Shown here: piece by piece, positions 10,042-19,922 of the stretch
Position numbering within the stretch: the first letter of the stretch is position 1
Layout of the letters: each line of letters begins with the position of its first letter
DNA from: Macrostomum lignano
Taxonomy: Eukaryota
NCBI GenBank assembly: GCA_002269645.1
Contig: NIVC01001927.1
Span: 1-26,339, forward strand
Direction of reading: 5' to 3'
Length of the DNA: 26,339 nt
Notes under the pieces: generated by a model
Databases searched by the model: none
What the model was told of the DNA's origin: nothing
What the model saw: the letters and a program-made list of their open reading frames with translations, nothing else
Program-made: the position numbers and the translations under genes

Positions 10042-10345
10042 CCGGGCCGGTGGAAGCTGTACGTGTCTGTGTTGCCCACTGCCAGCCAATCGGAGGCCGC
10101 CACGTCACTCTACCATTCTGTCCTGATCTCGGGCCAGCCGGCCGCCTCTGATTGGCCGCCAGTCAGACTAACCGGCTTTCTCAGCCAATTGGAGGCGAGG
10201 CTCGACTCGAGCAGCCGGCATTCGGTGCACGCGTACTTGCACCGCGGCTCCGCTGACGGATTCGTGCGTCCGGCCGAGCTCTGGGCCAGCGTCGAATCTG
10301 ACGATGGCACCGTCGCCAACTTTCAGCTGTTCGATCACGGAGCTG
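10042..10345 (+). CDS. CLCA: CLCA-like protein, exon 7
   Basis: Acceptor CTCCAACGCAG|, donor G|GTGAGT (phase 1). PGRWKLYV resembles VGTWKYSL; WASVESDDGTVANFQLFDHGAG resembles TALIESVNGKTVTLELLDNGAG. Confidence 0.9.
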
Positions 10346-10592
10346 GTGAGTGAAATCTGTGCAGCCTGGAGATTTTGCAAAGATTATTGATTTTTGAACA
10401 GCTCTGAACGGGGTTTCGCCATAGACAAATAAGATTGGAGCAACTGAAAAGCCACCGATGCCATTTTATTAAAACGGTAGCATTATTTGTACACGAAGAC
10501 AGTTTTCCTCACGTTTCACAGTCAATATCGTCTGCCTTGCAGTCGTCTGTTAGCGCAAATCGTAAAGCCAAACTCCGTGCACCTGTTGTCAG

Positions 10593-10871
10593 GCGCTGAC
10601 GTGTCACCCAACGATGGCATTTATTCTGCCTACCTGCCGCTGCACCGGATGTCCGGGCCGCCGCAGGACTACAGCGTCCGCCTGCGGAGCCTCAGCCCAG
10701 TTGACCGAGTCGCCTCCGCTGGCAAGTTCACCGTCACCGCGGTCGACTCAGTCGATTTGGCCCGTCTGCCGCCGACTCGCGTGACCGACTTCGGCTGCAC
10801 TGTCAATGCCACCAGCGGCCGGCTGCGGATGCGCTGGACCTCCGTTGGCGACCAGCTGGACAGTGGCGCTG
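10593..10871 (+). CDS. CLCA: CLCA-like protein, exon 8 (end of beta domain, start of FnIII-like domain)
   Basis: Acceptor CTGTTGTCAG|GC, donor G|GTGGGT (phase 1/1). ADVSPNDGIYSAY resembles ADATKDDGVYSRY; LPPTRVTDF resembles FPPGQITDL; MRWTSVGDQLDSG resembles LTWTAPGDDYDHG. Confidence 0.92.
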
Positions 10872-11099
10872 GTGGGTTCTGTGTGGATTGCGCATGGCTG
10901 CTGATTGGGCATTGTGTGTCTCAGTAGTCTCAGTAGTCATTTGTCTTTCGTGTCTGCGTGCCCTTCGATTCTACCTTGAAATTCTACTCTTACTTTTACC
11001 TCTATTTGTGTTGAAAACTTTTTTCCGATGGTGTCTCCAGTGTTTGTGTTGTCGGGCTGTATTCCTTTTATGTCTTCAAGAATTTTCTTCTGTGTCCTA

Positions 11100-11800
11100 T
11101 TATGTGTCTTTACCATGTGTCTTCCGGTCTTCCAATTGTTTCTTTCTGTGTTCTCGAGTCTTCCAGTTGTGTCTTCAGTGTGTATTTCTGTGTTCTCGAG
11201 TCTTCCAGTTGTGTCTTTAGTATGTGTCCTCCGGTCTTCCATTTTTTCCAAGGACTACTTAAGTAGATATATACGTTACTTTAGTCATCCTTGATTTTGT
11301 CTTTATGTATTCTCCATTCTTCGAATTGTGTCTTTAATGTGTGTTCTCCGGTCTTCCAATTGTGTCTTTATTTTGTCTTCCGGTCTTTCAATTGTGTCTT
11401 TAATTTGTGTCTTCCGTCTTCCAATTGTGTCTTTAATTTGTCTTCCGGTCTTCCAATTGTGTCTTTAATTTGTCTTCCGGTCTTTCAATTGTGTCTTTAA
11501 TTTGTGTCTTCCGTCTTCCAATTGTGTCTTTAATTTGTCTTCCGGTCTTCCAATTGTGTCTTTAATGTGTCTTCCGTCTTCCAATTGTGTCTTTATTTTG
11601 TCTTCCGGTCTTTCAATTGTGTCTTTAATTTGTGTCTTCCGTCTTCCAATTGTGTCTTTAATTTGTCTTCTAGTCTTCCAATTGTGTCTTTAATTTGTGT
11701 TCCTCGGTCTTCCAATTGTGTCTTTAATATGTGTCTTCCGGTCTTCCAATTGTGTCTTTAATATGTGTCCTCCAGTCTTCCAATTGTGTCTTGAATATGT
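11100..11800. repeat. ~32-bp pyrimidine-rich minisatellite (TCTTCCAATTGTGTCTTTAATTTGTGTCTTCCG[G]), ~20 copies, CLCA intron 8
   Basis: Variable-length tandem units, most homogeneous at 11320-11790. Confidence 0.92.
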
Positions 11801-11831
11801 ATCTGATTGTATCCGCCTGCCATCTCTCCAG

Positions 11832-12814
11832 CAAGCCGCTACTTGATTCGAGCATCCGCCAACCGCAGCCTGCTGGAGCTCGACTTCGCATCAGCAGACG
11901 ACGTAGGGGCGGCCGCCCAGCTGCCCTCGGTGCCCTCCGGGCAGCCCATGACGCTGGAAGTTGCAGCTGCCGACGAGCTGCCCAGCTACCCATCCGTCAC
12001 ATTCTACCTGGCAGTGCGGGCCAACAACTCAGCAGGCGTGCTCAGCCAGCTGTCCAATGTGGCTGCCGTGCAGCTGACCATGCCCGACAATCTGGCTGAG
12101 ATTGGCGTCGACGTTGGGGGCGAAAGCTCAACATCTAGCACAGAATCCAGCACGACATCTAGCTCAGAATCCAGCACGGCATCTAGTACAGAATCCAGCA
12201 CGACATCTAGCACAGAATCCAGCACGACATCTAGTACAGAATCCAGCACGACATCTAGCTCAGAATCCAGCACGGCATCTACTACAGAATCCAGCACGAA
12301 ATCTAGCTCAGAATCCAGCACGACATCTAGCTCAGAATCCAGCACGACATCTAGCTCAGAATCCAGCACGACATCTAGCTCAGAATCCAGCACGGCATCT
12401 ACTACAGAATCCAGCACGACATCTAGCTCAGAATCCAGCACGGCATCTACTCCAAAATCCCACACGACATCTAGCTCAGAATCCAGCACGACATCTAGCT
12501 CAGAATCCAGCACGGCATCTACTCCAAAATCCCACACGACATCTAGCTCAGAATCCAGCACGACATCTAGCTCAGAATCCAGCACGACATCTAGCTCAGA
12601 ATCCAGCACGACATCTAGCACAGAATCCAGCACGACAACAGGGCTGGATTCTAGTAAACACAGTCAGAGTTGGTGGTCATACATGGTAATTGTTTTGGCC
12701 CTAATTTTCGCACCTTCAATTGCAGCATTATTAGGGTTGTTCTTACTGTTTGTTCACTCGAAACTCCCGAGCAGAAGCCTTCATCTACGCAATAAAAAAG
12801 TATATCCAATCTGA
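11832..12814 (+). CDS. CLCA: CLCA-like protein, terminal exon 9 (FnIII end, Ser/Thr mucin-like stalk, TM helix, short cytoplasmic tail)
   Basis: Acceptor CATCTCTCCAG|CA (phase 1). ASRYLIRAS resembles AHKYIIRIS; FYLAVRANNSAGVLSQLSNVA resembles LFIAIQAVDKVDLKSEISNIA; TM ~12683-12754; stop TGA at 12812-12814. The exons sum to 3330 nt (1109 aa plus stop). Confidence 0.92.
12131..12634 (+). repeat. Coding 24-bp tandem repeat (ACATCTAGCTCAGAATCCAGCACG = TSSSESST) x21
   Basis: 21 in-frame 8-aa units counted, with variants ASTTESST and ASTPKSHT. Confidence 0.95.
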
Positions 12815-12874
12815 TTGCTACCTGATCATGGGATTCCTAAACTCACTATATTTTTTCTAGTCTGTATGTTTGTA

Positions 12875-12880
12875 AATAAA
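12875..12880 (+). terminator. Candidate polyadenylation signal AATAAA of the CLCA-like gene
   Basis: First AATAAA after the stop codon (60 nt downstream). Confidence 0.55.
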
Positions 12881-13039
12881 AGTGAATATTTTACTGAACC
12901 GTTTCTCGAAGTGCGAAAGCTCCGCAGAAAATCCAAAAGTCTGCCATGTCAGAAGTGAAAAAAATCTATCAGACAGACCCGATTATTTTAAATTTTACTA
13001 TTCTTTAACTGTATCATTGTTTTGTATTTGGAAGTCCTT

Positions 13040-14037
13040 TGTAGTGATCCGCTAGTTGATGTTAGGCGTCCCGCTTTGTCAGCAGTCTCCCTCGCCCTCG
13101 CCCTGGGTTGCTGTCTGCCGCTGGTCAGCTTCCCACCCCCCTTGGCCCGTCTGTTGCTCCCCTTGGCCTGTTCTGCCCTTCTGCGTCTCTGTTCTCAGCC
13201 CTCAGCTTCTCTGCTGTGGTCTGTCTCTGTTTCGTTCCCGTCCCGTTTTCCTCTGTCATGTGAGCAAGTCACATGACAGACTCTGCGTTCTTCGAGTCCT
13301 AAAGTGCAGTAAACATGTTTACTGCACTCGTTGGCCCTGTTTACCGGGAGAATCACGTGCTTTCGGACCCCTCCCTTCTCTAAGGAGAGGAGTGACTCAT
13401 GTTGCTAAAAATAGCAACTGAGTCACAGCCGCGTGTACCCTGGCCGGAGACCTCAAGTGACGTCAGTTCTAAAAATAGAACGAGTCACGAGGTCTTGCGC
13501 GCACTGAGACCCTGCCTCGAGATCTCAAGTGACGTCAGTTCTAAAAATAGAACAAGTCACGAGGTCTTGTGCGTGGGTGTTTCCCGGCTATAAATAGGAC
13601 CCCTCTCCCCTTGTTTCCGTCAAGGAATTGAATTGGCTTCTTATCTGCGGAGAATTCACTAAGATCCCGTGTGCGTCAGTGTCTAACTAAGTGCCCTTTG
13701 CGTACTGAATCCGTTTGTACTGGTCTGACTGAGACCCCACTAAAGCCCAAGCCTAAGGGAGGCTAACACTGCCTTCCCAGTCACCCCTGAGCCCGGCGGG
13801 GATCTGCTGATCAGGACGCCTTGTTCATTAATCTGCAAATCTGCACTAGGTGCTGTGTTCGTTGACTTCGTTATTTCGTTCCGACGGGAAGCTCACCTCA
13901 CCGAAGGCCGAGACCTGAAGGAACTGGTGGCAGCACTACCTACGCTACTGAGAGTTGAGAGAACTTCCCACTGAAGAGGCTCAAGATTAAGGTAATCCGC
14001 AAGGGCCTAAACCGGGAAGAAAACCCCATCTATTTCA
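13040..14037 (+). mobile_element. Probable solo LTR (998 bp, TG...CA, 4-bp TSD CCTT)
   Basis: CCTT|TGTAGTG at 13036-13040 and TATTTCA|CCTT at 14037-14041. Internal TATA box (TATAAATAG, 13589) is preceded by a 72-bp-period duplication typical of U3 enhancers. No coding remnant was found. Confidence 0.7.
13392..13597 (+). promoter_or_regulatory. LTR U3 enhancer/promoter: 4 MEF2-consensus sites, 2 AP-1 sites, 2 CRE sites, TATA box
   Basis: CTAAAAATAG at 13405, 13469 and 13541; CTATAAATAG at 13588 (overlaps TATA); TGACTCA at 13393; TGAGTCA at 13419; TGACGTCA at 13458 and 13530. Motif match only; function untested. Confidence 0.6.
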
Positions 14038-14089
14038 CCTTGCTGGTAAATTCCTAGTCTAAAAGTCTTTGAAGGAAGGAAGTCCTTGC

Positions 14090-14460
14090 ACCCAATATAC
14101 ACGCAGGCGTGAGGTGGGTTTCGTGAGGGTCGGAATGAGTCCCTTACCCCACAGGAAATTTTCAGCAATGTACATTCAATACTGCATGCGCGGGGCGTGA
14201 GGTGGGTGTCGGGAGGTTGAGAATGAGTCCCTTACCCCACTGATAATTTTCAGCAATGTACATCCAATACTGTACACATGGGGCGTGAGGTGGGTGTCGG
14301 GAGGGTTTGAATGCGTCCCTTACCCCACTGATAATTTTCAGCAATGTACATCCAATACTGTACACATGGGGCGTGAGGTGGGTTTCGTGAGGGTTGGAAT
14401 GAGTCCTTTACCCCACAGGTAATTTTCAGCAATGTACATCCAAAACTGTACACGCGGGAC
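14090..14460. repeat. 88-bp tandem repeat, ~4 copies
   Basis: GGCGTGAGGTGGG recurs at 14106, 14194, 14282 and 14370. Confidence 0.93.
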
Positions 14461-15040
14461 GCGGAGTGTGAGGTGGCTGTAAGGATAATTGGAGCCTGTC
14501 ATATAGTCTTGAATGTACATGTACGAACGTATGCAGTATCAATATAAAGACTCCGAATAATACAAAGTACGAAGGCGGAGATTAAATTTTCCTGATGGTA
14601 GAAAAGTGCCAATTGATTTCAGTGCGGTGGACAAAATCGGCTCCCGTGTTGTCTCGATAAATTATTAACAGAAGCCTATATCGCATTTAAGCAAAGTTCA
14701 AGGGTGTGAAGTTAATTCGATGCATTCTAAGGGGTGCTTGTGTCTTGTTTAAATAGCCTAGATGTAATAACATGTTATCCGATGGGACAGTGCCGCAGGT
14801 GAAGGATGCAGCATGCCCCATTATGTAGCCCTGTGGATGCCAAGTGTTATCTTCCCTACTTTTAGTGTAATTATTAGCGCTGGTAGGTGATAATTACATG
14901 TAGACTCTGACACATATCATTCTTTTACTGCGCTTTGTTCAAATAATACGGATTTAGAAGGAATAGAAGGAATTAAGAGCGAACTACTACGAGAAACAGA
15001 TTATAAATAAGATGGGAATACCAGAATTAAAAGTGAAGGG

Positions 15041-15081
15041 GAGTGAGAGTGAGAGTGAGAGTGAGATTGGGAGCGAGTGCA

Positions 15082-15120
<39 letters not shown>

Positions 15121-15219
15121 TTAGGAGCGAGTGCAAGAGTGAGAGTGAGAGTGAGAGTGAGATTAGGAGCGAGTGCAAGAGTGAGAGTGAGAGTGAGAGT
15201 GAGATTGGGAGCGAGTGCA

Positions 15220-15274
<55 letters not shown>

Positions 15275-15322
15275 CAACGAGATTGAGAGTGACAGTGAGA
15301 TTGAGAGTGAGGGTGAGAGTTG
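15041..15322. repeat. (GAGAGT)n compound microsatellite, interrupted four times by GATT(G/A)GGAGCGAGTGCAA
   Basis: Directly visible. Confidence 0.95.
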
Positions 15323-17203
15323 AGAGAGCAAAAGGCGAGCAAAAGGCGAGCTAAAAGTGGCAATAAGCAAACACGGGCAGAAAGCAAAAGTTGTATTTGC
15401 AAAGTTGAATAAAAGTTTTCAAAGATGCAAAACAGACCAGCAATGCGACTTCGGCGCTACCAGGAGCTCGTATCCTGCATTGCAGTGACGAAACTCTATT
15501 GGGAGTGGAGCATGCGGTGCTGTTTGTGTTTTTGGCGCAAATTCAAATTGACGCAGCGGCAAAATCAGCAGCCAGAGAGAGAGCGTGAGACAGAGAACAG
15601 AAAAATTGAAATCCCACGCAAGCGTGACAGGCGAATGGCGCAGGATGTCGGCTAGAAAATCAATCCTCATCACGATGTGTCGCGGCGGGGAAAGGAAGAG
15701 AGGCCGGCATGGCGGAATCCGTATGCAAGTCAAATCTCCAGTCTGGGCCAAAATCTCTCCATGCTCTGGCCGAGATCAAAATCGAGTCTTCAATTTTCTG
15801 CCAACAGGAATTCGGCTGACCGATTGGGGGCCGAGAGCAGCAGATGGACTGGCGGTTGTCTGCCCGCTAGCTGAAGTAGGCGCTGCTCACTTTGAGTACA
15901 ATGGCCCCCTGGGGCGCACGGGGCTCAAGACTGAAGAAATATTCTTTACTCACTCGCCAACTAAAATATTCGGTTGGTTTTTGAACGGTAAAGGAGTTTT
16001 AGCAGGATTGAATAAATCCCCTCTCAGGAGAAAGTTCATCTCAGTTATTTTTGTAGCGTCCCCCAAGTAGCCAGCGTCTGATCGCAGCTGATTAATATTC
16101 ATGTCAACTTTTAATGGAAATCTACACGATGTTAGAAATTATCTGAGCGAGCTCCGGTTGGCTTGCATTAATCTTTAAAACCAGTTAATTGTTGCCAAAA
16201 TGTACAGTTAGATGCACTGGGACTTATTCTGTTTGTTTCCTGGCATAGTCTGGTTTTGGACGAGCCATCCGGATGGCTGATCCTTCTGAGAGGGGGTTGA
16301 AACGGAAAAATTAAAACGGCTAAAAAGAGAGAAATCCCAAGGGATGAGGCTAAAACAGCAGGTCCACCTTGAGAACACTGAATTTAAATCTTGCCCTACA
16401 AGGCACCGCACCATACGGGAGCCAAGGTTTTGTTTTTACGGGGCTCAAATATTCGCACTGCAACGGTGGCAATTCAGCCGTGACCAAATTACGCATGCAT
16501 GTGAGCATGCTTAATGTTTTGTTTATCCAGTGCCATGCAGTTGCCCCGTGATAAAAGATGACATTGTGGACTTTTAAATGAGTATTTACTATCGGGCTGG
16601 CGTTCTTAGTCACTCGGGCCACCCCCGCAACGGGATGATGGTCAAAGGCTGGACGGGTCCTCACTGGCCCCCTTGCCCATGGCCTCAACCCCTACTGACG
16701 TTTTCACGACTCGGATCAACCAGTGGGTGGCATCCAAGCACAGGAAGAGGCGGACTAAGGTCCCGACTGTCGGCAGTCCCGCGCTGCCGTCCCCTGTCCC
16801 TCTTCCGTCCTCGGACTCAACATCAGGGCGGTAAGTAGCCTCCTTGGGACCACCCTTACCTTCCAAAGAAAAATCCGTAGTGAGGAATACCCATTCTGCC
16901 TCTTCGGTGTTGAGAATCTGCAATCGTCTTGCCTTTACTCAAGACAGGCTCGCCTTCCTCGGCCCAAACCTGGACCTCTCCGACGTTTTCAGGCCCAACA
17001 ATTTCTGCCATTTCCTCCGCTACCTAAGGGAGCCCCCCTTCTGAGAGAGAACTATTTCAACTTCCATTTGAAGCAGCAGGACAGTCGAAAAATGTCTTAT
17101 TCGCCATCGCACCCGATTCCAACTGCCTGTGGTCTGTGGGCGGCTGGAGTAGCCCATCTCGGGGTGTGCGGTATGTGCGATTTTGAGTGCGTAATTATCT
17201 TAA

Positions 17204-17953
17204 CCATAGTTCTATAGAGAGCGCGAGTTCTAGAGAGCGCGAGAGAGCGCGAGTTCCATAGACAGCGCAAGTTCTAGAGAGCGCGAGAGAGCGCGAGTTC
17301 CATAGACAGCGCGAGTTCCATAGACAGCGCGAGTTCCATAGACAGCACGAGTTCCATGACAGCACGAGTTCATAGACAGCAGAGTTCCATTGACAGCACG
17401 AGTTCCATAGACAGCACGAGTTTCATAGACAGCACGAGTTCCATTGACAGCACGAGTTCCATAGACAGCACGAGTTCCATAGACAGCGCGAGTTCCATAG
17501 ACTGCACGAGTTTCATAGACAGCAGAGTTCCATAGACAGCACGAGTTCCATAGACTGCACGAGTTCCATAGACAGCGCGAGTTCCATTGACAGCACGAGT
17601 TCCATAGACAGCACGAGTTCCATAGACAGCACGATTTCAATTGACAGAAAGTGTTTCATAGACAGCACGAGTTTCATAGACAGCAGAGTTCCATAGACTG
17701 CACGAGTTCCATAGACAGCACGAGTTCCATTGACAGCACGAGTTCCATAGACAGCACGAGTTTCATAGACAGCAGAGTTCCATAGACTGCACGAGTTCCA
17801 TAGACAGCACGAGTTCCATTGACAGCACGAGTTCCATAGACAGCACGAGTTCCATAGACAGCACGAGTTCCATAGACAGCACGATTTCAATTGACAGAAA
17901 GTGTTTCATAGACAGCACGAGTTTCATAGACAGCACGAGTTTCATAGACAGCA
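17204..17953. repeat. 18-bp minisatellite (CATAGACAGCACGAGTTC), ~40 copies, with a 250-bp higher-order duplication
   Basis: The variant block ACGATTTCAATTGACAGAAAGTG occurs at 17631 and 17881. Confidence 0.95.
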
Positions 17954-18215
17954 GATACGAGTACAACATATACAGCACACCTAAGCAATACTAAAAATGT
18001 AAGCAACTAGTTAACAACGTCTGTGAACTACGAGCGTATAATGTAAAACTTTGTAGTCTTTAATACTAACTCATCAATTCTTCTGCTACGTTTCGACCCT
18101 GCTTCTCATTGTTTCACTAACGGACGCTAGATTGACCTTTCTAAACTCAAGCCCAAGCCAGTCTCAGCAGCTCGAACGCGCCCCAATAAATTCCATCTAA
18201 ACTGATGCACTTCAG

Positions 18216-18431
18216 AACAATGAGAAGCGCGCGCCCGAGACCGCTACCGAGACCGGTGCAGGCAGCGAGGCAGCCAATCCTTGCCTAGCTGGGAAAGAGG
18301 AGGGGATCGCGGATCGGGACTTCGCTGGCCAAGGGTTGGCCATCGATTTAGCCTGGCTGACGGCGAGCACTGCGGGCTCAGGCCTGGCTGAGAGAGACAG
18401 AGAAAGTTGCGAGTATAGCCTGCGCTTACAG
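18216..18431 (+). other. Candidate upstream exon of the DEG/ENaC gene (216 nt, open frame, AG/GT bounded)
   Basis: GCACTTCAG|AACAATGAG...TTACAG|GTAACT; GC-rich; 72 stop-free codons. No homology recognised and no strong in-frame acceptor before 18575. Confidence 0.35.
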
Positions 18432-18574
18432 GTAACTGGTCGCATATTTTAACAAACCTGCATAGTAACAGGAGTTGATCGGGTCAGCACGGGAGATACG
18501 CTGTGTTTGGATAGCTTGAATATCAAGCTAGTTAAAGGAGCGAGAGATCAGGAAGGAGAGAGGCACAGCGGACA

Positions 18575-19447
18575 ATGGACCCGAAAAGCGATATGCTGGA
18601 GAGGGCGCTGGAGGAGGCGGACGATTCCGACTGGCGCACCGATCTCGGAGGCGACCCTGTTGAGCAGCGGCGGCAGCTAGGTAGTAAGTCGAAAAGCCGG
18701 CACAACTATCGCAGGCGGATGCTGTGCGCCAATTTGCAGAGCTTTGCGCACAGGACGTCCGCGCACGGGCTTGGCAGATTCTTCTCGCAGCAGGTGCCCT
18801 GGCTGCGGGGGCTGTGGGCTCTGGTGGTGTTCGGAGCCATGACTGGCCTCACGCTGCACACCTACAAGCAGATCAGCCTGTTTCGAGCCTATCCGGTGTC
18901 CAGCACGACCAGGCTGCTCACCAACCGGTTCACCTTCCCGGATGTGACATTCTGCGATCCGCTGATGAAGAAATTCTTTACCATAGGCTCCAGACAGCTG
19001 CGCAGCGACGTGAACAGAAACAATTACTTTGTGGCCAACTACATGCTGGGCTACCTGGTGTCGGATGAAGAACGAGACGACGAGGCCAGCAGCCGCGTCA
19101 AAGCCATCAAACTGGCCTACGCAACCTTTGAGCACGCGGTGCACACCTGGCCAAAGTTCAACATGACAGCCGCCAGCGCAAGGATATTCGACATGCTGCT
19201 GTACTGCCAGTACAATCAGGAGCGATGCACAGGTAAAAATTTCACAGTGTTCTACCACCGGGACTATGGCAACTGCTTCTCGTTCAAGGCTACTAACAGG
19301 TTTATTCGGTCCAGCGGAGTGGAGAAAGGCCTCGTCCTGGTATTGTACAGTCCCAGCGTCGACGTCAAGCAGAGCATCGACTATTACAGCGACACCGTGA
19401 CGACGGGACTGGAGACCGGCGGGCTCAGGGTGGCCGTGCACCAACAG
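18575..19447 (+). CDS. DEG/ENaC (amiloride-sensitive sodium channel/ASIC family) subunit, large coding exon (291 codons); partial, remaining exons not found in the window
   Basis: FAHRTSAHG (HG gating motif, 18755-18769), TM1 LRGLWALVVFGAMTGLTL, YPV, FPDVTFCD, MLLYCQY...C, YGNCFSF, GVEKGLVLVL, GLRVAVHQQ; donor CAG|GTGAGT, phase 0. Confidence 0.92.
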
Positions 19448-19922
19448 GTGAGTTCCTTAATTTCCTGACCCAGACTTTCCAGCCCTGTCTCTTTGATTCC
19501 TTCTTCCTTCCTGCCTTCGAGGACAACAATAATAGCTTGTAGCCGCAGAAACGTAATCTTTCAAAACGTTTCGTTCCCGACATCAGCTTTTGGACGGGAT
19601 CCCGTCCGAGCACTGAACTCAGTTCACTTGTGGTCAAAACTTTGTACGGCACCCGCAGTTGTCTGGTATCAGATTGTCGTTTGACCTCAGCGCGTGCAAG
19701 GATGCTGGCATTGTGCAGTGCAAGCGCACAATGAAAAATGACAATTGCGTACGCTCGTATTCATCGGACATTTGCCTTTGACTTTGCCTTTGACTATTCC
19801 TGTGTACACTCCTACTTGCTAACTTTTGGAAAACCCATGATGACAAAAGTACATCTGGGGTGTAGATGGGTGATAGTTTGGTTTGAGGGCCCTAAAGGGG
19901 CTTGATAAGGGACAATGACAGC

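Noticed and set aside
12004-12689. Alternative-frame ORFs (VVLDSELD; HLAQNPAR repeats)
   Set aside because: Shadow frames of the 24-bp coding repeat; only the Ser/Thr frame joins the CLCA exons.
15012-15402. SE/RV/SL/HS dipeptide ORFs
   Set aside because: Translation of the (GAGAGT)n microsatellite.
15590-15660. Minus-strand SPVTLAWDFN resembling the APE endonuclease GDFN motif
   Set aside because: The Gly is replaced and no other APE motifs occur in any frame.
16980-17135. NFCHFLRYLRE (tyrosine-recombinase-like) and IAPDSNCLW (OTU-like) peptides
   Set aside because: They lie in different short frames bounded by stops, without supporting motifs; probably chance.
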